Assembly: GCF_006345805.1 (NCBI RefSeq)
Contig: NC_043010.1
Coordinates: 13,144,001-13,208,000, forward strand
Direction of reading: 5' to 3'
Source: Octopus sinensis
Lineage: Eukaryota
DNA: 64,000 nt
The notes beneath the pieces are model-generated. The model was not told the DNA's origin. It saw nothing but the letters and a program-made list of their open reading frames with translations, and ran no database searches. Every line of letters starts with the position of its first letter. Position 1 is the first letter of the stretch. The position numbers were made by a program, and so were the translations under genes. Positions 39,329 to 53,262 of this stretch are shown piece after piece.

Positions 39329-39630
39329 TGGCGCAATGGCCTAGTGGTTAGGGCAGCGGACTTGCGGTCGCAGGATTGCGGTTTCGATTCCCAGACCGGG
39401 CGTTGTGAGTGTTTATTGAGCGAAAACACCTAAAAGCTCCACGAGGCTCCGGCAGGGGGTGGTGATCCCTGCTGTACTCTTTCTCCACTCTTTCTCCCAC
39501 TCTTTCTTCTGTTGGCCTGCTCACTTAGCCAGCGGGGTGGCATCAATCGAAGGCTAAAACGATGCGAACGCATTGTGACCAGCGATGTGTAACAACATCT
39601 AATGGTCTGGTCGGTCACGTGATTACGTGA
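39329..39630 (+). mobile_element. SINE with family-B-type head and a different 3' half
   Basis: Head shared with 3511-3816 up to ggctccggcag, then divergent; ends in (TA)n. Confidence 0.7.
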
Positions 39631-39703
39631 TATATATATACATATACACACATGCATACATATATGCATACATATATACATACATACCTACATAAATATG
39701 TTT

Positions 39704-39739
<36 letters not shown>

Positions 39740-39876
39740 AGAAGCTTGCTTCCTGACTACATGGTTCTGGGCTCAGTCCCACTGCATGGCACCTTGGATA
39801 AGGGCTTTCTACTATATCCCCAACCAAAACCTTATGAGTGGATTTGGCAAAGAGAAACTGAAAGAAGACTGTCATA

Positions 39877-39907
<31 letters not shown>

Positions 39908-40069
39908 CAATTATAATAATAATAAATCTAGACAAATAAGTATAAGTCAATTAGTGTGTTTAAATGTTAAGCAGAACAGCAGGACAGTTTAGGCTACCTG
40001 TTGTCATCTACAGATGTGGTACACTTCCTTACGACCTACTTCAAGAACTCTGCAGTGACACTTAGGGTT

Positions 40070-40161
40070 ATAGTATTAATTAATAGTAGGAGATGGATTT
40101 TGCATTTGATTTTTTAAAAAGTCTAATACAAAATCCATCTCCTACAATTAATTAATACTAT
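40070..40161. repeat. Imperfect ~45-bp-arm palindrome next to (TA)n
   Basis: atagtattaattaatagtaggagatggattttg ... caaaatccatctcctacaattaattaatactat. Confidence 0.75.
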
Positions 40162-40164
40162 ATT

Positions 40165-40212
<48 letters not shown>

Positions 40213-40299
40213 CGTACATATATATATACATATATATATATATATTTCTTTACTACCCACAAGGGGCTAAACAAAGACGGGACAAACAAGGACAGACAA

Positions 40300-40357
<58 letters not shown>

Positions 40358-40544
40358 TATATACATACATATATAATACATATATATACACATATATATA
40401 CTCAAAATAAGCAACAAGAGTAACTCCAGTTATTCTTGTTGCTTATTTTGATTATAATCACCCCATGGATTTATATGGATAACACCATACAAAATTCTGG
40501 TGCATCTAACTTAAGTACCATATTCATTTGAATCTAAATTTTGC

Positions 40545-40632
<88 letters not shown>

Positions 40633-40639
40633 TTATATA

Positions 40640-40861
40640 TATTATTTTATAGAAGGAGCTTCTAAGGACTAGAAAACTGTTTCATTCAAAAGAAATCATC
40701 AGGATGATTTCTTTTGAATGAAACAACAGTTCTAGTCCTGTAGAAGCTCCTTCTATAAAATAAATTAATTTACTCTGCTATGTATTGAGTACCTTATTTA
40801 CTGTGGTTAACCCCGACTCAACCCGGGACCTACATATATATATATATACATATATACTATA

Positions 40862-40894
<33 letters not shown>

Positions 40895-41374
40895 GTGTAT
40901 GTATATGTATCTTTGTGTTTGTTTGTGTCTGTGTTTGAGGCCCCCCCCCCCCGCCAACGATTGTCAACCAATGCTGGTGTGTTTACATCCCGGTAACCTA
41001 GTGGCTTTGCAAAAGTGACTGATAGAATAAGTACAAGGCTTACAAAAAAAATAAGTCTTGGGGGTCAATTTCTTTGATTAAAACCCTTTAAGGTGGTGCT
41101 CCAGCATGGCCACAGTCAAATGGCTGAAACAAGTAACAGACCATCAATAAGTGTTTGAGTGTATTTTTATGCAAAAGGTGCAAACAGAGTACTCAATACT
41201 CAAAAGTAGAGCTAAAAACGAAATGCAATCCAGTATACATGTACAGGAATATGCATCCAAAATACACCAGGAAGTACGAATATTAATATGGAAATACATA
41301 CATAGACATGTACATACATACATATATTTTATATATATATATATAATATATATATATATATATACCTACATATA

Positions 41375-41413
<39 letters not shown>

Positions 41414-41421
41414 TACTAATA

Positions 41422-41472
<51 letters not shown>

Positions 41473-42163
41473 ACACATATATATATATATATATATTTAT
41501 TTTATAGAAGGAGCTTCTACAGGACTAGAACTGTTTCATTCAAAAGAAATCATCAGGATGATTTCTTTTGAATGAAACAGTTCTAGTCCTGTAGAAGCTC
41601 CTTCTATAAAATAAATTAATTTACTCTCTGCTATGTATTGGAGTACCTTATTTACTGTGGTTAACCCCGACTCAACCCGGGACCTACATATATATATATA
41701 TAATCATATACTATATATGTGTGTGTGTGTGTATATATATATATATGTGTATGTATATGTATCTTTGTGTTTGTTTGTGTCTGTGTTTGAGGCCCCCCCC
41801 CCCCGCCAACGATTGTCAACCAATGCTGGTGTGTTTACATCCCGGTAACCTAGTGGCTTTGCAAAAGTGACTGATAGAATAAGTACAAGGCTTACAAAAA
41901 AAATAAGTCTTGGGGGTCAATTTCTTTGATTAAAACCCTTTAAGGTGGTGCTCCAGCATGGCCACAGTCAAATGGCTGAAACAAGTAACGGACCATCAAT
42001 AAGTGTTTGAGTGTATTTTTATGCAAAAGGTGCAAACAGAGTACTCAATACTCAAAAGTAGAGCTAAAAACGAAATGCAATCCAGTATACATGTACAGGA
42101 ATATGCATTCCAAAATACACACCAGGAATACGATATTAATATTGAATATTATACATAGACATG

Positions 42164-42218
<55 letters not shown>

Positions 42219-42229
42219 ACATATATATA

Positions 42230-42264
<35 letters not shown>

Positions 42265-42273
42265 CTACATATA

Positions 42274-42318
<45 letters not shown>

Positions 42319-42330
42319 ACACATATTATA
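40640..42330. repeat. ~850-bp tandem duplication (palindrome + SINE A half + unique flank)
   Basis: 40640-41470 and 41495-42330 are near-identical and differ mainly by small indels. Confidence 0.9.
41495..41616. mobile_element. Perfect 60-bp-arm palindrome (2-nt loop) with a hammerhead core at the apex; Penelope-like fold-back
   Basis: Arms 41495-41554 / 41557-41616 are exact reverse complements. Minus strand from 41556 reads CTGATGA-TTTC-TTTT-GAAT-GAAAC-AG..CT-GTA. Confidence 0.7.
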
Positions 42331-42476
42331 TATATAGAAAAGGAAACATACATAGATACATACATATATCATCATCATCATCATCATCATCGTTTAACGT
42401 CCGTTTTCCATGCTAGCATGGGTTGGACGGTTCGACCGGGGATCTGGGAAGCCAGAAGGCTGCACCAGGCTCCAGT

Positions 42477-42513
<37 letters not shown>

Positions 42514-42596
42514 ACATATATATATTGATATATATATATATAATATATTATATATATATATATATATATACCTACATATATATTATATTATATACT

Positions 42597-42627
<31 letters not shown>

Positions 42628-42637
42628 ACCGTACATA

Positions 42638-42677
<40 letters not shown>

Positions 42678-42731
42678 ACATATATATATTTATATATATA
42701 TTATATATATTAATATAATATATTATATACC

Positions 42732-42772
<41 letters not shown>

Positions 42773-42969
42773 ACATATAATATTTATAATATATATATAT
42801 AGCTATATATATATACCTTACATATATATATTTATATATATATATATATTATATTTATATATATATATATTTATATATATAATATATTTATATAGAAGAG
42901 GAAAGAAAGAAAACAGAAAAGAAAAACAGAAAAAAGAGATAAAAAGAATAAGACAAAGACTATAGTAAA

Positions 42970-43001
<32 letters not shown>

Positions 43002-43007
43002 AATATG

Positions 43008-43040
<33 letters not shown>

Positions 43041-43154
43041 ATATATAATAAAAGATCAAAGCATTTTTGAAAGAATGAAGGAAAGTGAAAGCATTTCAAG
43101 AGAACATATGGAAGATGTTGGAAAGGTTGAAGGAAAGATGCTGAATCTGGAGAA

Positions 43155-43550
43155 GTGTGCGTGTGTGCATGTGTGTGTGTGTGTGCGTGTGTGTGTGTGA
43201 GTGTGTGTATGTGTGCGGGCATGCGTGCGTGTGTGCGTGTGTGTGTGTGCGTGCGTGTTTGTGTGTGTGTGAGTGTGTGATGTGTGCGGGCATGCGGGTG
43301 TGGGCATGTGTGTGTGTGCGTGGTGTGTTGTGTGTGTGTGTGAGTGTGTGTATGTGTGCGGGCATGCGTGCGTGTGTGCATGTGTGTGTGTGCGTGCGTG
43401 TGTGTGTGTGTGTGTGAGTGTGTGTATGTGTGCGGGCATGCGTGCGTGTGTGCATGTGTGGTGTGTGCGTGCGTGTGTGTGTGTGTTGTGAGTGTGTGTA
43501 TGTGTGCGGGCATGCGTGCGTGTGTGCGTGTGTGTGTGTGTGTGTGTTTG
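43155..43550. repeat. (GT/GC)n tract with a repeated gtatgtgtgcgggcatgcgtgcgtgtgtgc higher-order unit
   Basis: The gcgggcatgcg marker recurs five times. Confidence 0.85.
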
Positions 43551-44184
43551 TGGCACTGAAGAAATATAAGGAATATGTCAAAAGATGAAGGAGACAATAT
43601 TGGAAACGAGGTGGGGGGGTCGAGGGGGGGAATGGAAAGAAGAAATTGGTGGGGTGGGGTGGGAGGAAGACGAGGTGGTGGTGTTGTAGGATAGGTGGGA
43701 GGGTGGGGGTGAAGATTTGCTGCAAAATGGTGATGGGTGGGGGTGGGGGGATAATTGACATAAAAAAATAGAGAGTAAATGGAGAGGAGACTAAAAGGAG
43801 GAAGGAGGGGGCTGGGGGGGGGTTAGATTAAATATGGTGATGGAGGGGGGTAGTGGGTTTGAGTGGGGTGGGTGGGGTATTGAAAAGGTAGGAGTGGCAG
43901 GGCAGCAATAGGTTATGGAATGAGAGAAGGGAGCAGAACAAGGAGAAAATTAAGTATATGATAGGGGGAGCTGGGGAGATGGTGGTGGTGGTGGTGGTGG
44001 TGGAGGCGGTGGTGGTGGTGGTGGTGGTGGTGGTGGTGGAGTTGGTGGTGATGCTGATGCTGATGCTGCTTGTGGTGGTTGTGGTGACGGTAGTGATGCT
44101 GGTGGTTGTGGTGGTGGTGGTGGTGGTGGTGGTGGTGATGCTGGAATAGGCAATGATGATTATGATAGTGATGTTGATTGTTGC

Positions 44185-44217
<33 letters not shown>

Positions 44218-44512
44218 ACCCCAGGATATCAGTATCATCATCCCCGATCAAGCAGAGCTATATGATGAAAAAGGCATTCCAGCAGTGGCCATTCCATCTT
44301 TTTTTATTTGTATTTTTATTTTTATTTTTATTTTCACCCCCCCCCCGCATGCGCACAGAAACCCAGATCTACGGATATCCAACATGTTTCTTTTTCTGAG
44401 GTAGCGAGGATATGATTTTGAGAGAAGAATTTCTCTCTACTATTTCTTGCAGATCGTGCAACCGTGTAGAAGCCTCCCCACATTGGTTCGTTGGAAATGC
44501 TGGTGTTGATTG

Positions 44513-44547
<35 letters not shown>

Positions 44548-44799
44548 CTGATGATGATAAGGGACGATAGTAGTAGAAGAGGTATCTTCGCTGTTGTTGT
44601 TGTTCTTGTTGCTATTGTGAGATGGCTGTAGATGAAGTTGTAGTAATGCTAGTATCGGTGGCGGTGGTGGTGGTGGTGGTGGTGGTGGTGGTGGCGGTGG
44701 TGGTGGTTGAAGCGGGGGTGGGGGTGGGGGTGGGGGGATTGCAATGGACTTAAAAGTGTAATCCTTCAGTGTTGTTTAAAGGACAGAAGAATTTGGTTA

Positions 44800-47700
44800 G
44801 AAATCAATTCATAATAAAGACAAAGAGAGAGAGAGAGAAGATTGGCGGGTGGGGGTGGGGGCGGTTGTGGAGAATAAGAAGAGGAAGAAAAAGAAGGAGG
44901 AGGAAGAGGAAGGGGAGGAGGAGAGGTGGGAGGAAGGGGAGGAGGAGGAATGATGGGAAATAGGAAAAAATATGAAGGAGGGGAAAAGGGAAGAGGAAGG
45001 AGAGAGACAGATTAAGCAAGACATTTGGAAGAGTAAGGAGGAAGAAAATGAGGGCAAAATAGGATAGAAATGGAGGAAGGAAGAAGGGGGGGCGAAGAGA
45101 ATGAAGAAGAAAGGAAAAAAGAGGGAAACGTTGAAGAAAATGAGTGTGGAAGAAAAGGAAGACGAAAAGATAAGAAATGGAGAGATTGAGAATATAGGAG
45201 AGAATATAAGAGAGGAAGGATAAAAAGGAGAGAGATAGAAGGCAGAAGAAAATGAGTGGGGACAGAGAGAGAGAGAGGGAGAGAGAGAGGGGAGAGGATG
45301 AAGAAGAAAAGGATTAGAATATAGAGCAAAAAAAAACCAGAGGAAAGTGAGAAAAATCAATGGTAAAGAAAGAGACATAGGAAAGAAGAATGAGGAAGAA
45401 AAAATAATGAGAATTAAAATAAAACGAGGGGAGGGGAATAAATAAGCCACATAAAAACCCAATAAATATATAAAGGAGAGAAAGAAAACACGGAGGATGA
45501 AATTGTGGGACAGAGAGAAGGAGAGAGAGAGAGAGAGGGGGGTAAAGAAAAGGGAGGTGAAGAGAAAGGATAAGAGATGGGAGAGTAAGGGGAGAGAAAG
45601 GATAAGAAATTGGAGAGTAAGGGGAGAGAAAGGAGAAGAGATAGGAGAGAAAGGGGAGAGAAAGGATAAGAGATGGGAGAGTAAGGGGAGAGAAAGGATA
45701 AGAGATGGGAGAGTAATGAGAGAGAAAGGATAAGAGATGGGAGAGTAAGGGGAGAGAAAGGATAAGAGATGGGAGAGTAAGGGGAGAGAAAGGATAAGAG
45801 ATTGGAGAGTAAGGGGGGGAGAAATGGAGAGTAGATTTGAGAGGAGAGGCTGGTTGTGAGGAAGTGAGGAAGAGGTGAAGAGTGTATGTGAAAACTGAAT
45901 GAAAGCCAGATAGCAAATGAATGTTATTATAGGAGCTGCATTGCTACAAACAGACATATAACAAGGGGTGGTGGGATTGTATGTGGGGGGGGGTAGATGA
46001 GGATGGAGTGAAAGAAGAGAGGGTGGAGGAGGTTTGAGAGGGAGGTAGAGAGAGTAGGAATAAATGGAGACATTGAGAGAAATTGAGAGAAAGAGTAACA
46101 GGGACAGAGAGAGGGAAGGAGAAGAGAGTGAGAGAATGAGAGAGTAAGAAAGAGTAAATCAGAGAATGAAAACAGTATGAGAACAGTAGGTGGGAGAGAA
46201 AAGAAAGATTGGAGAGATAGGAGAGAAAGAAGAGATGGGAGAGAAAGGAGAGATGGAGAGAAAGGAAATGGAGAGAAGGAGAGATGGGAGAGAAAGGAGG
46301 GATGGGAGAGAAAGGAGAGATAGGAGAGATGGGAGAGAAAGTGAGAGATTGTAGGAGAGAGGGTTAGTTAAAGTGAATGAAGGAGAGAAAGTGACAGAGA
46401 GAGAGAGAGAAAGAGAGAGAGGAGGGGTAATGGAGAGAAAGAGAGACAACAAAAAAGAGAGAGTAACAGAGAGAAAGATGGAGGAGAGTAAGAGATTCAG
46501 GGAGAGAGGGACAGCTAGAGCTAGTGAGAGAAAGTGACAGAGTAAGAGAGAATAAGCAAAGAGAAAGAGAGACAATAAAGGAGAGAGAGGGAGAGGGAGA
46601 GAGAGAGGGAGAGGATGAAGAAGAAAAGGATTAGAATATAGAGCAAAAAAAAACCAGAGGAAAGTGAGAAAAATCAATGGTAAAGAAAGAGACATAGGAA
46701 AGAAGAATGAGGAAGAAAAAATAATGAGAATTAAAATAAAACGAGGGGAGGGGAATAAATAAGCCACATAAAAACCCAATAAATATATAAAGGAGAGGAT
46801 GAAATTGTGGGACAGAGAGAAGGAGAGAGAGAGAGAGAGAGGGGGGTAAAGAAAAGGGAGGTGAAGAGAAAGGATAAGAGATTGGAGAGTAAGGGGAGAG
46901 AAAGGATAAGAAATTGGAGAGTAATTGGAGAGAAAGGAGGAGAGATAGGAGAGTAAGGGGAGAGAAAGGATAAGAGATGGGAGAGTAAGGGGAGAGAAAG
47001 GATAAGGGATGGGAGAGTAATGAGAGAGAAAGGATAAGAGATGGGAGAGTAAGGGGAGAGAAAGGATAAGAGATGGGAGAGTAAGGGGAGAGAAAGGATA
47101 AGAGATTGGAGAGTAAGGGGGGAGAAATGGAGAGTAGATTTGAGAGGAGAGGCTGGTTGTGAGGAAGTGAGGAAGAGGTGAAGAGTGTATGTGAAAACTG
47201 AATGAAAGCCAGATAGCAAATGAATGTTATTATAGGAGCTGCATTGCTACAAACAGACATATAACAAGGGGTGGTGGGATTGTATGTGGGGGAGTAGATG
47301 AGGATGGAGTGAAAGAAAGAGAGGTGGAGGAAGGTTTGAGAGGGAGGTAGAGAGAGTAGGAATAAATGGGAGACATTGAGAGAAATTGAGAGAAAGAGTA
47401 ACAGGGACAGAGAGAGGGAAGGAGAAGAGAGTGAGAGAATGAGAGAGTAAGAAAGAGTAAATCAGAGAATGAAAACAGTATGAGAACAGTAGGTGGGAGA
47501 GAAAAGAAAGATTGGAGAGATAGGAGAGAAAGAAGAGATGGGAGAGAAAGGAGAGATGGAGAGAAAGGAAAGATGGAGAGAAAGGAGAGATGGGAGAGAA
47601 AGGAGAGATAGGAGAGATGGGAGAGAAAGTGAGAGATTGTAGGAGAGAGGGTTAGTTAAAGTGAATGAAGGAGAGAAAGTGACAGAGAGAGAGAGAGAAA

Positions 47701-48045
47701 GAGAGAGAGGAGGGGTAATGGAGAGAAAGAGAGACAACAAAAAAGAGAGAGTAACAGAGAGAAAGATGGAGGAGAGTAAGAGATTCAGGGAGAGAGGGAC
47801 AGCTAGAGCTAGTGAGAGAAAGTGACAGAGTAAGAGAGAATAAGCAAAGAGAAAGAGAGACAATAAAGGAGAGAGAGGGAAGGGAGAGAGAGAGAGAGAG
47901 AGAGAGAGGAAACAAGAAAGACAGAATAAGATGGAGAAAGAGAGAGCGAGAGTGAGAAATAGGAGAGAGGGAATGAATAAATGAGAGAAGGACAGATAAT
48001 GAGAGAGAGAGAGAGAGAGAGAGAGTTAGAGAAAGAAAGAGAGAT
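44800..48045. repeat. ~3.2-kb polypurine (GA-rich) tract containing a ~1.3-kb tandem duplication and ~33-bp minisatellite units
   Basis: ~45285-46605 is repeated at ~46605-47880; unit aaggataagagatgggagagtaaggggagaga. Confidence 0.9.
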
Positions 48046-48106
48046 TTATTTTCAAGGTCATTGAATAAACTGTACACTTCAGCTGCCAACTTGCAAAAAA
48101 GTTTAC

Positions 48107-48196
48107 CATGCACAGCTGCAATCTAATTCACAAGTTGTAACCCTATCATTTGTAGATAAATCTGTGAAATTTCTGATGGTGACTGATGTCTGACCA
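48107..48196 (-). CDS. Candidate coding exon; (C)GQTSVTIRNFTDLSTNDRVTTCELDCSCA(W)
   Basis: 90 nt, phase 2-2 (the only open frame). Acceptor tcctatgtag|T, donor TG|gtaaac. Island of complex sequence between a GA-rich tract and a GATA microsatellite. Confidence 0.5.
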
Positions 48197-48202
48197 CTAC
48201 AT

Positions 48203-48229
48203 AGGATAGATAGATAGATAGATAGATAG

Positions 48230-48281
<52 letters not shown>

Positions 48282-48310
48282 GGATGGATAGATGGATGGA
48301 TGGATGGATG

Positions 48311-48349
<39 letters not shown>

Positions 48350-48374
48350 TGACAGATAGACAGACAGACAGATC

Positions 48375-48425
<51 letters not shown>

Positions 48426-48435
48426 GTAGATAGAC

Positions 48436-48510
<75 letters not shown>

Positions 48511-48591
48511 CAGACAGAAAGATAGATAAATAGATAGATAGATAGATAGATAGATAGACAGACAGAAAGATAGATAGATAGATATACAGAC

Positions 48592-48637
<46 letters not shown>

Positions 48638-48666
48638 GTAGATAGATAGATCGACAGACAGACAGT

Positions 48667-48714
<48 letters not shown>

Positions 48715-48715
48715 C

Positions 48716-48778
<63 letters not shown>

Positions 48779-48820
48779 CAGACAGAAAGATAGATAGATA
48801 GATATACAGACAGACAGACA

Positions 48821-48851
<31 letters not shown>

Positions 48852-48925
48852 CATACATACATACATACATACATAGGTGGAATATGGATCGATAGATAGA
48901 TAGATAGATAGATTGACAGATAGAT
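48203..48925. repeat. (GATA)n microsatellite with GACA/GATG variants
   Basis: Direct inspection; source of the SIYL-repeat ORFs. Confidence 0.95.
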
Positions 48926-49369
48926 GTCCAATAACCAAACCCTTGGTTGTTGGTGTTCTTGGTGGTGGTGGTGGTGGTGGAGATAACAGTAGGAATGGTG
49001 GTGCTGCTGCTGATTGTAGGGACACTGACTGTAATGGTGATGGTCATGGTGAGAATGTGGTGGAGAAGGATGAGAGGAGGAGGAGGAGGGCACTGATGAT
49101 AATTATGATGATGCGCAAAATATTGATGGAAGAGCGTGGTGGCAATGATGGTGGTTGTGGTGGTGGTGGGTGGTGATGGTGGTGGCGATGGTGGTGGTGA
49201 TTACGATGATGACGACGATGTTGAGGATGAGTAGAAGGACGGGGATAACAATGATGATGATGATCATCATCATCATCATCATAATCATTATCACCCACTG
49301 TATGATGAGGAAGAGTGAGAAGCAGGACGATGAGGAGGAATAAAAAGAAGTGGATAATGTTGTTATTGG

Positions 49370-49715
49370 TGGCAGCGGCGGTGGTGGCGGTGGTGGTGGT
49401 GGTGGTGGTAGTGGTGGTGGTGGCGAAGGCGGTGGCGTGGTGGTGGGTGGTGGTGGTGGTGGTTGATGGTGGTGGTGGTGGTGATGGTGGTGGTGGCGGT
49501 GGTGGTAGTGGTGGTGGTGGCGAAGGCGGTGGCGTGGTGGTGGTGGTGTGGTGGTGGTGGTGGTTGATGGTGGTGGTGGTGGTGATGGTGGTGGTGGCGG
49601 TGGTGGTGGCGGTAGTGGTGGTGGTGGTGGTGGTGTCTCAGAATGCAGATGGCTTTTCTTTTTATGAAGAATAAAAAGGAGGATGCTAATAATTTTTTTT
49701 ACAACTGAGTAAAGT

Positions 49716-49751
<36 letters not shown>

Positions 49752-50455
49752 TAAGAGAGAAAGAGGGGGAGAGTGAGAGGGAAGGAGAATGGAGAAGTTA
49801 ATATATGAAAGAGAAAGAATTAGGCTGGCTGGCTGGCAGGCTGGTCGGTTGGTTGGTTGGTGGTTGGTTGGTTGGTTGGAGGGCTCGCCAGTAGGTAGAT
49901 ACATGGGTAGGTAGATAGGCCATTAGATAGGTAGGTACAATTGTAGGTGAGTGAATAAGCAGGTGGGACGGTAAGTAGGCAGGTAGGTAGGTAGGTAGGA
50001 AGGTACGGAGGTTGGTAGGTAGGTAGGTAGGTAGGTAGGTAGGTAGGAAGGAAGGTACATAGGTGGTAGGTAGGTAGGTAGGTAAGTAGATAGGTAGGTA
50101 GGTAGGTAGGTAGGTAGGTAGGTAGGTAGGTAGGTAGATATGTAGGTAAGTACATAGGTAAGCACATATGTAGGTATGCAGCTAGATAGGTAGATTGGTG
50201 GTAGGTACATACAATTGTTAGGTACATAGGTGAGTAGCTAACCAGACAGGTAGGCAGGTAAACAGATAGGTACATAGGTTAGTAGATAGGTAGATAGATA
50301 TATTGGCATATATGTAGATAGGTAAATAGGTAAATGGAAAAATAGGCAGAAAAGTAAATGGGTAGATTTGTAGAAAGATAAGTAGGTAAACAGACCAATA
50401 GGTATGTTGATAAATAGGAAGATAGGGAGGTATATAGACAGGTAAGTAGGTAAAT

Positions 50456-50460
<5 letters not shown>
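49370..50460. repeat. (GGT)n, (GA)n and degenerate (GGTA)n microsatellites
   Basis: Direct inspection. Confidence 0.9.
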
Positions 50461-50500
<40 letters not shown>

Positions 50501-50543
50501 TATCCATACAAAGCCTATTTAATTAAAAATGTTTATGTGGAGA

Positions 50544-51125
50544 GGAGGTGCATGGCTTAGTGGTTAGGGTGTCAGCATCATGATCGCAAGATTGTGGTTT
50601 CGGTTCCTGAACCGGGTGACGCGTTGTGTTCTTGAGCAAAACACTTCATTTCACATTGCTCCAGTCCACTGAGCTGGCAAAAACAAGTAACGCTGCGATA
50701 GACTGGCGTCTCGTCCAGCTGGGGAACACATACGCTATGGAAACCAGGAACCTGGGCCCATCAGCCTGGCTAGGCTTTAAAAGGGCGCATTTAGTATATA
50801 TATATATGTATATACACATACATACTTACAAATATATACATATATATATATGCGTGTGTGTGTGGAGGTGCGTGGCTTAGTGGTTAGGGTGTCAGCATCA
50901 TGATCGCAAGATTGTGGTTTCGATTCCTGGACCGGGCGACGCGTTGTGTTCTTGAGTAAAACACTTCATTTCACGTTGCTCCTGTCCTCTCAGCTGGCAA
51001 AAATGAGCAACGCTGTGATGGACTGGCATCTCATCCAGCTGGGGAACACATACGTCACTGAAATCGAGAAACCGGGCTCATGAGCCTGGTTAGGCTTTAA
51101 AAGGGCGCATTTATTATTTTTTTTA
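50544..51125 (+). mobile_element. Tandem dimer of family-C SINEs (50544-50793 and 50863-51115)
   Basis: Two complete copies separated by a TA/TG tract. One outer 15-bp direct repeat tttatgtggagagga (50532-50546 / 51126-51140). Confidence 0.85.
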
Positions 51126-51732
51126 TTTATGTGGAGAGGAAAAGACAACTTTAGCTCAATGACTTATGTTTCAGACTTGTGGCAACATAAGAGATAATTT
51201 GGAATATGCTTTGATCGTCTAAGACTTTTCCACTGAAGAATGGACCTCATTGTATTTACTGATGTTATGATAAGGGAATCACTAAGACTGCAGTAATGTA
51301 ACCGAAGCAAAGATACAAAATGAAAAAAATTTTTTTAATAAATTGCTAAGATTAATTACTCAGAGACACACCATCAGCATAAAAAACACAGTCAAGTTAG
51401 TATTATCATAACTAATGCAATGAACTTCAAAAATCTAAATATTTTTGCTTAAACTTAATGCTTTGAAAATGTAATATCCAAATAAATATCTGTAAATATA
51501 AAACCATCCGAATTTTTGAGTACCTCATTTCTTCTAATATAAAATACCTGTACATCATCTCCAAACCTTTTAATATATATATATACAATAGGTTTCGTTC
51601 AGTTTCTGTCTACTAAATCCACTCACAAGGATTTGGTCGGCCTGAGGCTATAGTAAAAGACACATGCCCAAGGTGCCATGCGGTGGGACTGAACCCAGAG
51701 CCATGTGATTGGGAAGCAATCTTCTTACCACA

Positions 51733-51768
<36 letters not shown>

Positions 51769-51861
51769 ATATATGTATATATATACATATATACATATAT
51801 GTGTGTGTGTGTATATGTATATATGTATACACACACACACACATATATATATATATATCCC

Positions 51862-52475
51862 GTGTGCAAAGAGCTATGCTACATGGCAGTGAAACATGGT
51901 CTGTGACGGCCAAGGACATGCATAGGCTTAAAAGAAATGAAGCCAGTATGCTTAGCTGGATGTGCAATGTCAGTGTACATGTTCGATAGTGTGCAAGAGA
52001 GAGACGACTGCACTGGTATGGTTATGTGATGCATAAGGACAAGGACAGCTGTGTGAAGACGTGCTGATCTCTAACTGTGGAAGGCACCTGTGGTAGAGGT
52101 AGACCCAGGAAGACATGGGACAAGGTGGTGAGGCATGGTCTTCAAACTTTGGGTTTCACAGAGGTAATGATTAGCAACTGAGATCTTTGGCGATTTGCTG
52201 TGCTTGAGAAGACCTGTCAAGCCAAGTGAAATCATAGTCGTGACAGATGCTGGTGTCATGTAACTGGCACCTGTGCCAGTGGCACGTAAGGAGCACCTTT
52301 CAAGCATTGGGCCTCATGGAGGCAAAGTGGCTGAGTTTTCCTTTCGAGTGTTGGGCCTCTTGGAGCCAGTGAGCAAGACCTTTGGCATTATGTCGTGCTT
52401 CAGAAGAAGACCCCCCTCAAACCGAGCAAAATCCCAGTCATGGCAGATGCCGGTGTCACACAAATGGCACCTGTA
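51862..52475 (+). mobile_element. RTE-clade LINE fragment
   Basis: [45 protein letters not shown]. Confidence 0.85.
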
Positions 52476-52843
52476 CCAAGAGAAACACATCAGTGTCACC
52501 TCACAACAACAGCTCAACAAACAATGCCTTATATTGCTGCATATTGACATCTACAGGGAAAATAGATAGATAGATAGATAAACTTACACACACCACACAC
52601 ACATATATATATATACATACATATTTTACATATATACATATGTCTGCCTTTGTATATGTGTTTATGTACATCTTTAGGCAACTTTTTGTTTTATAAGACC
52701 ATGGATCTTAACCTGGAAAATCTTGTTTCAATCTGAGCTGATGGGACAGCGTCTATTTTCCCTGTAGATGTCAATACGCAGCAATATAAGGCATTGTTTG
52801 TTGAGCTGTTGTTGTGAGGTGACACTGATGTGTTTCTCTTGGT
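52475..52843. repeat. ~92-bp inverted duplication (52475-52566 / 52752-52843) of a probable degenerate Penelope endonuclease segment
   Basis: Arms are near-exact reverse complements. Adjacent minus-strand YTC..PYLGEQKRPVQGR loosely resembles a GIY-YIG YIGET.R motif. Confidence 0.5.
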
Positions 52844-53262
52844 TTCCACCCCAGATAATGTCGTATGGAAGGCTTGCAATTGACTATGCAGTAGATCTCC
52901 CTTGTACAGGACGCTTTTGTTCTCCAAGATAAGGTGTTCTAAGTAGCTTGGCACAAGGGCTGTGGCAAGTGTAATCAGAATGTAATGTATATGTATGTAT
53001 CTATGTGTAAGCCGTTGCTTTTTGAATGTTTTTGAATGTTGTGGTTCATGTATTCACCGGATGAAAACGGCTTTTTTCTAATGAGGTAATGTCTTCATTA
53101 ATCAATTAAAATTTCGTTGGAAACAGCTGTAGTGACTTGTCACGTTATCCATTTGTTGTTATTTATTCATTTATCTATGTATGTATATATATATATGTAT
53201 GTATAAGATACATTTATACAAGCAATGCATATGTGCATATATATATATATATGTATATATAT

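Noticed and set aside
44809-49093. Long Leu/Ser/Pro-rich and SIYL-repeat ORFs (200-382 aa)
   Set aside because: Translations of polypyrimidine and (TCTA)n strands, which lack stop codons. Only the 90-nt island at 48107-48196 is kept as a candidate exon.
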